In this document: in pieces, positions 9,616 to 18,629 of the stretch
Numbering within the stretch: the stretch's first letter is position 1
Layout of the letters: each line of letters begins with the position of its first letter
Source of the DNA: Alphaproteobacteria bacterium
GTDB taxonomy: Bacteria > Pseudomonadota > Alphaproteobacteria > SP197
Length of the DNA stretch: 64,000 bases
Direction of reading: 5' to 3'
Assembly (NCBI GenBank): GCA_964291415.2
Contig: OZ219920.1
Location: 160,001-224,000, forward strand
Translations under genes and position numbers: made by a program
The notes under the pieces: model-generated
Database searches by the model: none
What the model was told of the DNA's origin: nothing
The model's input: only the letters and a program-made list of their open reading frames with translations

Positions 9616-9927
9616 TGGCCACCTGACCCTCCTTCTGATCCTGGAACGGCGGCTGGCGACACGGCCTCCCGGCTGAACAGTCTCGGCCGGGCTGCGTCCC
9701 ATGCTGCCTTGCCGTTTGGCTGGCGGCCCGCCTCGCGCGCCGTCGACCCAGCGGATAACTGGTCGTGACAATCCATGCTGCAACTCATTCGCGCCTCTGG
9801 TCTCGATGAACGCCTGATGCCCGGACTTGAGATTGTTCGAGCCTCCTGCAAGATGCTGAGCCACGGCGCTCAAGGGGTGGCCCCTGGAGCGAATGTGCGG
9901 CGGCTGATGGCTGAAGCGGGCAGGTCG

Positions 9928-10770
9928 ATGGCCAAACTGACCACGTCACAGCTTTTCGACACCGGCCGCTATCCTGTAGATCGCCCGGGAAGCAAGGAGT
10001 TTGATGCGCTGGTCACGCAGGCGCGGGCCGGGCTGGCCGGAACGAATTGTGTGCGGCTGGACGCGTTTGTCCGGCCCGACATCCTGGCTCGGATGCAGGA
10101 GGAGGCCGAACGCCTCGCAGCCGGTGCCGTGTTCCACCGGGCCAGCCTCAATCCCTATTTCTCGCAACCGCCGGAAGGGACGCCGGAGGACCATCCCCTG
10201 AACCGATTCTCGCCACGTCGGCACGGCATGATCCGGGCCGACAGGTTCGATCGGGAGGGTGCGATCTGGACGGTCTTCCGGAATGCCGACCTGCGCCATG
10301 TCGTGGCGACCGCACTGGGCTTCGAAACGCTCTACACCTATGACGACCCGTTCGGCTGCGTGAACGTCAATGTGCAGCCCGAAGGCTGCGAGTTCGCCTG
10401 GCATTTCGACAACAACGACTTCACCGTCTCCTTCGGGTTGAAGCAATCCGCGGCGGGCGGAATCTTCGAGTACGTGCCCGACCTGCGCAACGAGGCGGAC
10501 GAGAACTACGAGGGAGTGAAGCGGGTGCTGGACGGCGACCGGTCGTGCGTGCGGTCGCTTGTTCTGGTGCCGGGCGACCTGCAGCTCTTTCGCGGTGGAC
10601 ACACGTTGCATCGAGTCACCTCTCCGGAGGGCGGCGACAGACACAGCCTGCTAGTGAGCTATGCCACCGAGCCCGGCGACATGACGTCGGCTGAGAAGGC
10701 GATCCGCATCTGGGGCGAGGCTCACCCGGACCACCATGCCCACGACGCGCGGCGGACAGGGACGGGGTGA
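9928..10770 (+). CDS. Fe(II)/2-oxoglutarate oxygenase (HalD/BesD-related fold, HxD hydroxylase type)
   Basis: AWHFD (HxD) and GDLQLFRGGHTLHRVT (distal His) followed by a downstream Arg; jelly-roll pattern. Confidence 0.8.
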   Translation: MAKLTTSQLFDTGRYPVDRPGSKEFDALVTQARAGLAGTNCVRLDAFVRPDILARMQEEAERLAAGAVFHRASLNPYFSQPPEGTPEDHPLNRFSPRRHGMIRADRFDREGAIWTVFRNADLRHVVATALGFETLYTYDDPFGCVNVNVQPEGCEFAWHFDNNDFTVSFGLKQSAAGGIFEYVPDLRNEADENYEGVKRVLDGDRSCVRSLVLVPGDLQLFRGGHTLHRVTSPEGGDRHSLLVSYATEPGDMTSAEKAIRIWGEAHPDHHAHDARRTGTG

Positions 10771-12257
10771 GCCGCCATCACAACATCCTGTGGCTGAACA
10801 CGGATCAGCAGATGGTCGCCAACAGGCCCGCCGCGGCGCGCGAGCTGCCTCTGCAGAAGAGACTGGCTGCGCGGGGCATGAACTTCAGTCGCGCCTATAC
10901 GGCACTCCCCATATGTTCGCCGTCGCGTGCCTCGATGCTGACGGGTCATTACCCGCACAACCATGGCGTGACGGAAAACGACGGGCGTTTCGGAGGACGA
11001 GCCGGTCTGGAACCGTCCGACACCCTTGTGACCGACCCGCTTCGAGAGCGGGGGTATCGCTGTGCCTGGTTCGGCAAGTGGCACCTGCATCGGGAGCTGG
11101 ACGCGCGTGACTTCGGTTTCGAGGGCTATGCGCCGGCAGACTATGCCTACCCCTATGCCAGTCCCGACTATCGCGCCTATCTCGAACGCCACGCGTTGCC
11201 TGACCCGGTCGCGCGGATCGAGTTGCCGGGGGAAAGCGGTACGCCGCCAGGCACAGAGGTCGACTTGACCCGGGCCGAAGACTGGTTCGATTTCGAGGCG
11301 GGCAGCGCGATCCTCGAAGGGCCGGTCGAAATGCATGAAGCCTTCTTTGTCGCCGAACTCGCCGAACGCTGGCTTCGCGATTCGGGAGACGGACCCTTCT
11401 TCATGCGTGTGGATACCTGGGGGCCGCATCCCCCCTATCTGGTCGGCGCACCCTTCGCCAGCATGTTCGCCCATCTGGGGAGCGCGGCCTCGCCCAACCT
11501 CGTCCTGGACCTGAAAGCGCGTCCGGCTCACCACGCGGCCTATCGGGACCACTGGCAGCACATTCTTGGCGACGGAGCGCTTGACTTTGCGCTTCTTTCG
11601 CGGCGCGCCCTGCAATCGGCCGCCCTTTGCGAGACGGCACTGGTGCGGTTGTTGGACGTGCTGGATGAAAGCGGACGGATCGATGACACCCTCATCGTCT
11701 TCACGGCCGATCACGGGGATGCGGTGGCCTCGAACGGCGGCGTGATGAACAAGGGCGGGCTGATGGTGGAAGAGACGTTGCGGATCCCCCTGCTGATCGC
11801 CGGACCGGGCATTCCCCCGGGATCGAACGACAGCCTGGTCTGCAACATCGATCTGGCGCCGACGCTGCTGGATCTGTGCGGAATCACCGCGCATGAGATG
11901 GACGGAACCAGCCTCTGTCCCCTGCTCCGGCGTACCGGATCCCTGCCCCGCAAAGGACTGATGACCGAGCACTACGGTCTGAAGACACCGCTCTGGCAGC
12001 GCGCGTTCCACAAGGGGCGCTGGAAGCTCGTCATGCAGGAGGATGGATTCACCGAGTTGTATGATCTCGCTTGCGACCCTGGCGAGATGAACAATCTGGC
12101 GGCGAGTGCCACCCATGCCGGGACGCTTCGCGCCATGCGAAGCGGCTTGGCGAAGGCACTGGCGAGGCATGGCGACGACTCGGCTTCCGCGATGGCCTTC
12201 CGGGATACGGCACTGTCCGACTCCGCTGCCTTCCCGCCACGTCATCAGGGGGCATGA
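10767..12257 (+). CDS. Formylglycine-dependent sulfatase
   Basis: NILWLNTDQ, CSPSRASMLTG (CxPxR), GKWHL, TADHG, ELYDLxxDPGE; GTGA overlap with the upstream oxygenase. Confidence 0.92.
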   Translation: MSRHHNILWLNTDQQMVANRPAAARELPLQKRLAARGMNFSRAYTALPICSPSRASMLTGHYPHNHGVTENDGRFGGRAGLEPSDTLVTDPLRERGYRCAWFGKWHLHRELDARDFGFEGYAPADYAYPYASPDYRAYLERHALPDPVARIELPGESGTPPGTEVDLTRAEDWFDFEAGSAILEGPVEMHEAFFVAELAERWLRDSGDGPFFMRVDTWGPHPPYLVGAPFASMFAHLGSAASPNLVLDLKARPAHHAAYRDHWQHILGDGALDFALLSRRALQSAALCETALVRLLDVLDESGRIDDTLIVFTADHGDAVASNGGVMNKGGLMVEETLRIPLLIAGPGIPPGSNDSLVCNIDLAPTLLDLCGITAHEMDGTSLCPLLRRTGSLPRKGLMTEHYGLKTPLWQRAFHKGRWKLVMQEDGFTELYDLACDPGEMNNLAASATHAGTLRAMRSGLAKALARHGDDSASAMAFRDTALSDSAAFPPRHQGA

Positions 12258-12261
12258 TTCT

Positions 12262-12341
12262 GGAGTAGACGGACAGGAAACGAAACCGGCTCTTCGGCTG
12301 CGACCGCTATCCCGCGAATTCCGGCGACGGGACCGAACCGT
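12262..12341 (+). repeat. 80-bp direct repeat, copy 2 (degenerate fic 3' end)
   Basis: In the fic frame it reads E*TDRKRNRLFGCDRYPANSGDGTEP versus ELTDKKRNRLFGYDRYLAILGEGTEP in fic. Confidence 0.92.
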
Positions 12342-12437
12342 CATGCGTGGCGGGTGCGCCTGTCGTTTTCGGAACCCAAGGCACGGTCTTCCAGGGCTCA
12401 ACAGCCGTCGTGCGCTGCGCCGCTGGCTAACATTCAT

Positions 12438-14294
12438 TCAGGAACGGGTGGTTGATTCCAGTGTCGTACTCGCTTCGATCCAGCGCGTTTCGGCCTTCTC
12501 GAGCGCTCTTTCTATTTTCCGTCTCCTTGTCATCAACTCGGTCACGGTTGTTCCCTCGTGGGTTGAGGGATCGAACAGAATGCGGTCGATTTCGTCGCGC
12601 GAGCGGGTGAGCTCGTTGACTTCGTTCTCGGCCTTGTCGACCGCCTTTCTCAGCTCCCGTGTGCGTTCCCGTTCGACTGCTGCACGGCGACGGTCATCCT
12701 TTCTCCTGGGACGCGATGCCGTTGATCCGGAGTCGCGACCGAGCACCAGGTTGCGGTAATCGTCGAGATTGCCCGCAAAGTCCGTTGCCTCGCCGTCCGC
12801 AACGAGAACGAGCCGGTCCGCCGTGAGTTCGACGAGGTGCCGGTCGTGGCTGATCATGATCACCGCGCCGCTGTAACCGCTGAGGGCCTGAACCAGGGAT
12901 TCCCGGGCCTCGATGTCGAGATGGTTGGTCGGCTCGTCGAGAATGATGAGGTGCGGGGCATCGCGGGTGATGAGCGCCAGGGCGAGGCGGGCCCGTTCGC
13001 CGCCGGAGAGCTGGCAGACAGGAAGGGCGGCCTTGTCGCCTGAGAAGCCGAAGCGGCCAAGCTGAGCCCGCACGCGGCGCGGCGCTGAATCCGGCATCAG
13101 GCGCGTCAAGTGAACGAGTGGAGTTTCGTCGGGCTCCAGTTCCTCGACCTGGTGCTGGGCGAAGTATCCGACTCGCAGCCGTGAGGCCGCCGTCATCGAG
13201 CCGCTCATGACACCGAGCCTGCCTGAAAGCAGGCGTGCCAGCGTCGTCTTGCCGTTGCCGTTGCGTCCCAGGAAGGCGATGCGTTCGTCGGGGTCGATGC
13301 GGAGCTGCAGGCGGGTGAGCACCGGCTTTCCGGCTGCGTACCCAACAGACGCGTCATCGAGAAGGATCATGGGCGGTCGCAGGGTGTCGGGGCTTGGGAA
13401 GTCGAACTGGAGCGTGCTGTCCTCGATGGCGGCGGCCACCGGCTCCATGCGTTCCAGGGCCTTCAGCCGGCTTTGTGCCTGGCGTGCCGTGTGGGCCTTG
13501 TAGCGCCAGCGGTCCACGTAGGCCATGAGCTTGGCCCTTTGCCTTTCCTGACGGGCGCGCATCGCCTCGATCTGCCCGAGTCTCTCGCTCAGCTGCCTCT
13601 CCCACGAATCGTAGTTGCCCCGGTAGAGCGTCACCGCGCCGCCCTGGAGATGCAGGATGTGGTCGCAGACGCTGTTGAGGAGATCCCGTTCGTGGCTGAT
13701 GACGAGCAACGTTCCCCGGTAGGTCTTCAGAAACGACTCCAGCCACAGGGCCGCTTCGAGATCGAGGTAATTGCTCGGCTCATCGAGCAACAGCACGTCG
13801 GGGCGGGAGAACAGCAGGGCTGCCAGGGCAATGCGCATGCGCCAGCCGCCGGAAAAACTGTCGACAGTCTGTCCCTGGGCAGCCTCGTTGAATCCCAGGC
13901 CGGCAAGAATCCGGGCAGCCCTCGCCGGTGCGCTGTACGCGTCGATCGCCTGCAGCCGTTCGTGGATGTCACCGATGCGCTGGCTCGTTGCGGCGGAGGC
14001 TTCCTCTTCCAGAAGACGCGTGCGCTCTTCATCGGCGGCAAGGACCCTCTCGAGAGGCGAGTCGTTGCCGGCCGGAACATCCTGGGCAAGATATCCGAGA
14101 CTGGCGCCGCGCCGCATGTCGACCGTGCCGGCATCGGACTCGATCTCTCCGGCGATGACCTTCATCAGTGTCGACTTGCCTGCGCCGTTGCGCCCGATCA
14201 GGCCGACCCGGCTTCCCGGGACCAGCGTCGCGGAAGCGCCGTCAAGGATCGTGTGGCCGCCAAGCCTCACGGTAATGCCGGTCAGTGTGAGCAT
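12438..14294 (-). CDS. ABC-F family ATPase (YheS-like)
   Basis: Two ABC domains (GRNGAGKST/FSGGW/LLLDEPSN and GRNGNGKTT/LSGGE/ILDEPTNHLD), no transmembrane segments, coiled-coil tail. Confidence 0.93.
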   Translation of the reverse strand: MLTLTGITVRLGGHTILDGASATLVPGSRVGLIGRNGAGKSTLMKVIAGEIESDAGTVDMRRGASLGYLAQDVPAGNDSPLERVLAADEERTRLLEEEASAATSQRIGDIHERLQAIDAYSAPARAARILAGLGFNEAAQGQTVDSFSGGWRMRIALAALLFSRPDVLLLDEPSNYLDLEAALWLESFLKTYRGTLLVISHERDLLNSVCDHILHLQGGAVTLYRGNYDSWERQLSERLGQIEAMRARQERQRAKLMAYVDRWRYKAHTARQAQSRLKALERMEPVAAAIEDSTLQFDFPSPDTLRPPMILLDDASVGYAAGKPVLTRLQLRIDPDERIAFLGRNGNGKTTLARLLSGRLGVMSGSMTAASRLRVGYFAQHQVEELEPDETPLVHLTRLMPDSAPRRVRAQLGRFGFSGDKAALPVCQLSGGERARLALALITRDAPHLIILDEPTNHLDIEARESLVQALSGYSGAVIMISHDRHLVELTADRLVLVADGEATDFAGNLDDYRNLVLGRDSGSTASRPRRKDDRRRAAVERERTRELRKAVDKAENEVNELTRSRDEIDRILFDPSTHEGTTVTELMTRRRKIERALEKAETRWIEASTTLESTTRS

Positions 14295-14412
14295 GGCCGG
14301 CTGATAGCACGCCTGCACCCCGGGCGTCACTCCGGTGCAATGTCACGGAGAATCCGCAACACAGCCTCATGCCCGGGATAAACGAGGGATGGACGGGACC
14401 GGTTCGTCCTGG

Positions 14413-15309
14413 TCAGCGCGCCGGTGGTCTGAGCGGCCGGGGGAGGCCCAGGGGCACGATTCGGTAGAGGAGCCTGCGATCGCGAGGGGTTTCGGGCGCG
14501 TCGATAGGCGTTGCGCAGTGCAGCGTCACGGTGTTGTCCCACATCAGGAGATCGCCTGGCCGGTAGCGGTGTGACCAGGTGAACTGCCCGGAAATGGCGT
14601 GGAGCTTGAGGCGGCGCATGAGCTCGGTCGCGGTGCCGGACTCCATGCCATCGATGGCCACCATTGATCCGGCCGGAGAATAGAGCGCCTTCTCTCCGGT
14701 CAGTGTGTGCGGCCTTGCAACCGGACGGCGGGCCGGTGACGGCAGGAGTCCGGCCGTCTCGTCGGTAACGGGTTGCAGGGGATGCTCGAAGTCCTCGCGT
14801 CCTGCGAGAATGTCTCCAGTACCGGAATACATGTGAAGAGCCGTGAGCGGCTCGATCGCGCGCTGTGTTTCCCGGTCAAGCCCGCGCCAGGCCGCGGCCA
14901 TGTCGGCGATCAGGGTTTCGCCTCCCTCGGCCGGCGCCTCCAGGCACCACAGCATGGTGGTGGCATCCGCATCGGCCTCGGCGGCGCAGTCCGTGTGCCA
15001 GAACGAGGCGCCGTTGCGGTACTCCTCGCGCTCGTTGACGCCGCCGACATTGCCGACCGTCGACATGAAGTCGTAGCCCGGAACGTTCCGTTCCTGGAAC
15101 CCGTCGACACGCGGTGTTCCCCATGACCGGGCAAACCGCGCGAAGTCGTCCGGCGCCAGATCCTGATTGCGGAAGAGCAGGACCTTGTGTTCGACAAAGG
15201 CCCGTGCCACGGCCTTGAGAGTCACGTCATCGAGAGCGCGGGACAGGTCAACTCCGCGAACTTCCGCAGCGAAGGTGGCGCCCAGGCGATGGATGTCGGG
15301 ATCAGACAT
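14413..15309 (-). CDS. TauD/TfdA family dioxygenase
   Basis: AEVRGVDL, LLFRNQ, FWHTD (HxD), GGETLIADM, GDLLMWDN...LH, R.LYR. Confidence 0.92.
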   Translation of the reverse strand: MSDPDIHRLGATFAAEVRGVDLSRALDDVTLKAVARAFVEHKVLLFRNQDLAPDDFARFARSWGTPRVDGFQERNVPGYDFMSTVGNVGGVNEREEYRNGASFWHTDCAAEADADATTMLWCLEAPAEGGETLIADMAAAWRGLDRETQRAIEPLTALHMYSGTGDILAGREDFEHPLQPVTDETAGLLPSPARRPVARPHTLTGEKALYSPAGSMVAIDGMESGTATELMRRLKLHAISGQFTWSHRYRPGDLLMWDNTVTLHCATPIDAPETPRDRRLLYRIVPLGLPRPLRPPAR

Positions 15310-15862
15310 TTCAGTCTGACTTTACTGGCCGGGACCTGATCGGACCACCTGTCGGCATCATGCCGCCCTTGTTCCTTCAATGTCGTGGTTCGCAGGGTGG
15401 GACCACTATCCCGCGCAGAGCCCTTCGCCAGCCCCAGCGTGCACGGCTTGCTGGCGACAACCGGAACACGCAACCCAAGCGAGAACGAGCCGGGTGGTCG
15501 AGTCGTCCTCCCCCCACGATCGATGAAGGCCTCCCGGCAATCCAACAATGGGGACAACTGGTCAACGGATTCCTGATGGGTCGCCTCGGTTGTGAATCGT
15601 CTTCCACGACAGGAATGAGAACACATGCCGGTGTGCAGCTGTCGGGATCCCGCGGTTCAGTTTATGGAGCAGCCAGAGGCTTGATGCCGCGTTCTCGATC
15701 GGCACTCCGTCCTGAGACAGGGTTGACGCCCGGTGGAAGCACGCCACACCCTGCGCCCCGGCGGCCGGCTCGTGCCCGCCTTTCCAGCGGATTGCAGTCT
15801 CTCGGCAATGCAGCCGAGACCGTGTCGGAGTATGTTCCGGATCTGGCAGGGAGAAGCCCGAC

Positions 15863-17074
15863 GTGACCTATGTCAGCCATCTTGAGTGCTCCGCGACCGG
15901 TGAGCGGCACGAGGCCGGTGAGATTCACGGTCTTTCCCGTGCCGGCGCGCCGTTGCTGGTGCGCTACGACCTGGATCGCCTCGCCAACGCGGTCACCCGA
16001 GACTCAATTGCCGCGGCACCCGTCGCCGGATTCTGGCGTTGGGCTCCCTTCCTTCCGGTCGCGCGGGAACAGGACAGGATCTCGCTCGGCGAGGTGACGA
16101 CGCCGCTCGTTCCCCTGGTACGCTCCGCTGGCGAAACACCCAGGCACGTCATGGTGAAGGATGAGGGCCGCTTGCCCACCGGCTCGTTCAAGGCAAGGGG
16201 ACTGGCCCTGGCGGTGTCGATGGCGCGGCAGCTCGGTCTCCGTCACCTTGCCATTCCGACGAACGGCAATGCCGGCGCCGCGCTTGCCGCCTACGCCGGA
16301 CGGGCCGGGATGAAGTCCACGGTTCTTTGTCCGGCGGATACGCCCGACATCAATCTGCGCGAAATCCGGCAGCACGGCGCCGACGTCTGGAAAGTCGACG
16401 GCCTCATCAACGATTGCGGCAGAATTGTCGGGGAGGGGGCACGGACTGCCGGCTGGTTCGATGTTTCCACCCTGAAGGAGCCCTATCGCATCGAGGGCAA
16501 GAAGACGATGGGACTCGAGCTTGCCTGGCAGCTGGCCTGGTCCCTGCCGGATGTCATCTTCTATCCCACCGGAGGCGGCACCGGGCTCATCGGGATGTGG
16601 AAGGCCTTCCAGGAGCTTCGCCAGCTCGGCTGGATCACCGGTGGCATGCCGCGCATGGTGGCAGTCCAGGCCGCAGGGTGTGCTCCCATCGTGCGTGCCT
16701 TCGAGGCCGGAAGCACACACGCCATGCCCTGGCTGGACGCCCACACCGTGGCGGCGGGCATCCGGGTGCCGGTTGCCATCGGCGACTTTCTCATTCTCGA
16801 TGCAATCCGCGCGTCCGGTGGTTTTGCCATGGCGGTCGACGACGACGTGATCCTCCAGGAGCGGGACAGGGTTGCGATGCAGGACGGATTGCTGCTCGCG
16901 CCGGAAGGAGCGGCAACGGTTGCCGCCTGGAGGATGGCTCTGGAGAACGGACTGGTGGGCGATGACGAGCGTGTGGTTCTCTTCAATTGCGCCAGTGGTC
17001 TCAAGTACCCGATGGCGCCGGTGGTTCAGGAACTCGACATCACGCGGGACATCGATTTCACGAGCCTGGCATGA
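15863..17074 (+). CDS. thrC: Threonine synthase-like PLP enzyme
   Basis: PTGSFKARG (PLP lysine), NGNAG, EGKKT, YPTGGG. Confidence 0.85.
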   Translation: MTYVSHLECSATGERHEAGEIHGLSRAGAPLLVRYDLDRLANAVTRDSIAAAPVAGFWRWAPFLPVAREQDRISLGEVTTPLVPLVRSAGETPRHVMVKDEGRLPTGSFKARGLALAVSMARQLGLRHLAIPTNGNAGAALAAYAGRAGMKSTVLCPADTPDINLREIRQHGADVWKVDGLINDCGRIVGEGARTAGWFDVSTLKEPYRIEGKKTMGLELAWQLAWSLPDVIFYPTGGGTGLIGMWKAFQELRQLGWITGGMPRMVAVQAAGCAPIVRAFEAGSTHAMPWLDAHTVAAGIRVPVAIGDFLILDAIRASGGFAMAVDDDVILQERDRVAMQDGLLLAPEGAATVAAWRMALENGLVGDDERVVLFNCASGLKYPMAPVVQELDITRDIDFTSLA

Positions 17075-17085
17075 CCGCTGACCCT

Positions 17086-17349
17086 TCAGATGTCCTCGAC
17101 CGGCTCCGTCTCCTCTTCCTCGGGAGATTCTTCGGGTTCCCCGGGAACGCGGCGGATGATGATGTCCCCGTTCTCGAGAACTTCCGGCAGTTCATACTGG
17201 GGAATGGACTCGATGATGCCCTCAAGCAGTATCAGCAGACGCTGCAGCGCCTCTGACGCATCGGGCATCAGGTCATCGTCTGCCGCTACGGGCGTGGCGA
17301 GGCACATGGCCGTCGCGGACGCCGCGAGGATCCGTTTCATGCCCTGCAT
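17086..17349 (-). CDS. Small exported hypothetical protein
   Basis: Signal peptide (MKRILAASATAMCLATPVAA), YELPEVLENGDIIIRR motif, acidic tail. Confidence 0.7.
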   Translation of the reverse strand: MQGMKRILAASATAMCLATPVAADDDLMPDASEALQRLLILLEGIIESIPQYELPEVLENGDIIIRRVPGEPEESPEEEETEPVEDI

Positions 17350-17352
17350 GAC

Positions 17353-17544
17353 TCAGTGTCTGCCGGCACGCCGCGCACGGCGTTCGGCGACGTGGCCGTA
17401 GTAGCGAAGCATGATGAACCAGCTCAGGCCTGCAAGACCGATACCCATGTACTGGGTTGCCTCACTCTCGGACGTGGCCGCGGCCACCAGTCCCAGAAGC
17501 GAGAGCAGACTGAAGATGACGGAGATGGCAATCGTCCAGGACAT
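17353..17544 (-). CDS. Small two-TM membrane protein
   Basis: GAGGAG RBS, two hydrophobic helices, 3 bp upstream of the next gene. Confidence 0.65.
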   Translation of the reverse strand: MSWTIAISVIFSLLSLLGLVAAATSESEATQYMGIGLAGLSWFIMLRYYGHVAERRARRAGRH

Positions 17545-17703
17545 GGATCGTGCTCCTCAAGGGGGAGGGGATCATCGCGCCAAGAATATGTATTGCAGTC
17601 GGGCTGTCGAGTGTCTTTCGTTCCGTCGGCTTATGGCGGGTGGAAGGCCGGGAAAGGACGGGATACAAGGTCGACCCTGGGTACAGGATAAAGGAGACGG
17701 GCG

Positions 17704-18573
17704 GTGAAGGTCGCATTTTTGGGTCTGGGAGTGATGGGCTATCCGATGGCCGGGCATCTGGCGGTCCGTGGTCATGATGTGACTGTGTGCAATCGCACGG
17801 CCGCCAAGGCGCAACGCTGGGTTAGCGAGCACGGTGGCAGAAGCGCGCCGAACCCGGCCGAAGCGGCAGCGGGGGCAGAGATCGTCTTTGCCTGCGTTGG
17901 TGACGATGACAGCGTGCGCGACGTGATCTGCGGTGACGATGGCGCTGCGGGCGGCATGGACGAGGGCGCGCTCTTCGTCGATCACACAACCGCTTCGGCG
18001 GATGTCGCAAGGGACATGGCGGCTGCACTCGCAGGACGCGGCCTCGGCTTTGTCGATGCGCCGGTCTCGGGCGGCCAGGCCGGGGCGGAGAACGGCCAGC
18101 TGACAATCATGGCAGGAGGTCATCCGGAGCACTTCGAGCGCGCCCGTCCGGTGATGGAGTGCTACGGCAAGGCGGTGACGTTGATGGGAGATGTCGGCGC
18201 CGGCCAGCTCTGCAAGATGGCCAACCAGATCTGCATCGCCGGTCTGGTCCAGGGCCTTGCCGAGGGCCTCAACTTTGCCCAGCGTGCCGGACTGGACGGC
18301 GAGCAGGTGATCGACGTCATCTCCAAGGGCGCCGCCGGCTCATGGCAGATGGTCAATCGTGGCAGCACCATGTTGCGCGACGAGTACGATTTCGGCTTTG
18401 CCGTCGACTGGATGCGCAAGGACATGCGTATCGCGATGGCCGAAGCATCGCGCAACGGCGCCTCACTGCCGGTGGCGGCTCTCGTCGACCAGTTCTACGC
18501 CGAGGTTCAGCGCCTTGGTGGCAGTCGCTGGGACACGTCGAGCCTGATGCATCGCCTGAAACGCGTGCCGTAG
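17704..18573 (+). CDS. Beta-hydroxyacid dehydrogenase (3-hydroxyisobutyrate/tartronate semialdehyde reductase family)
   Basis: FLGLGVMG, DAPVSGG, K.ANQI; AAGGAG RBS. Confidence 0.92.
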   Translation: MKVAFLGLGVMGYPMAGHLAVRGHDVTVCNRTAAKAQRWVSEHGGRSAPNPAEAAAGAEIVFACVGDDDSVRDVICGDDGAAGGMDEGALFVDHTTASADVARDMAAALAGRGLGFVDAPVSGGQAGAENGQLTIMAGGHPEHFERARPVMECYGKAVTLMGDVGAGQLCKMANQICIAGLVQGLAEGLNFAQRAGLDGEQVIDVISKGAAGSWQMVNRGSTMLRDEYDFGFAVDWMRKDMRIAMAEASRNGASLPVAALVDQFYAEVQRLGGSRWDTSSLMHRLKRVP

Positions 18574-18629
18574 GGAGAACCTGCCCGGCAGGCGTCCCTT
18601 TCCGGGTTCGGCACAGGACTGTGTGCCGG

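Noticed and set aside
9928-10770. Radical halogenase call
   Set aside because: The facial triad keeps Asp (HFD); halogenases have Gly or Ala at that position.
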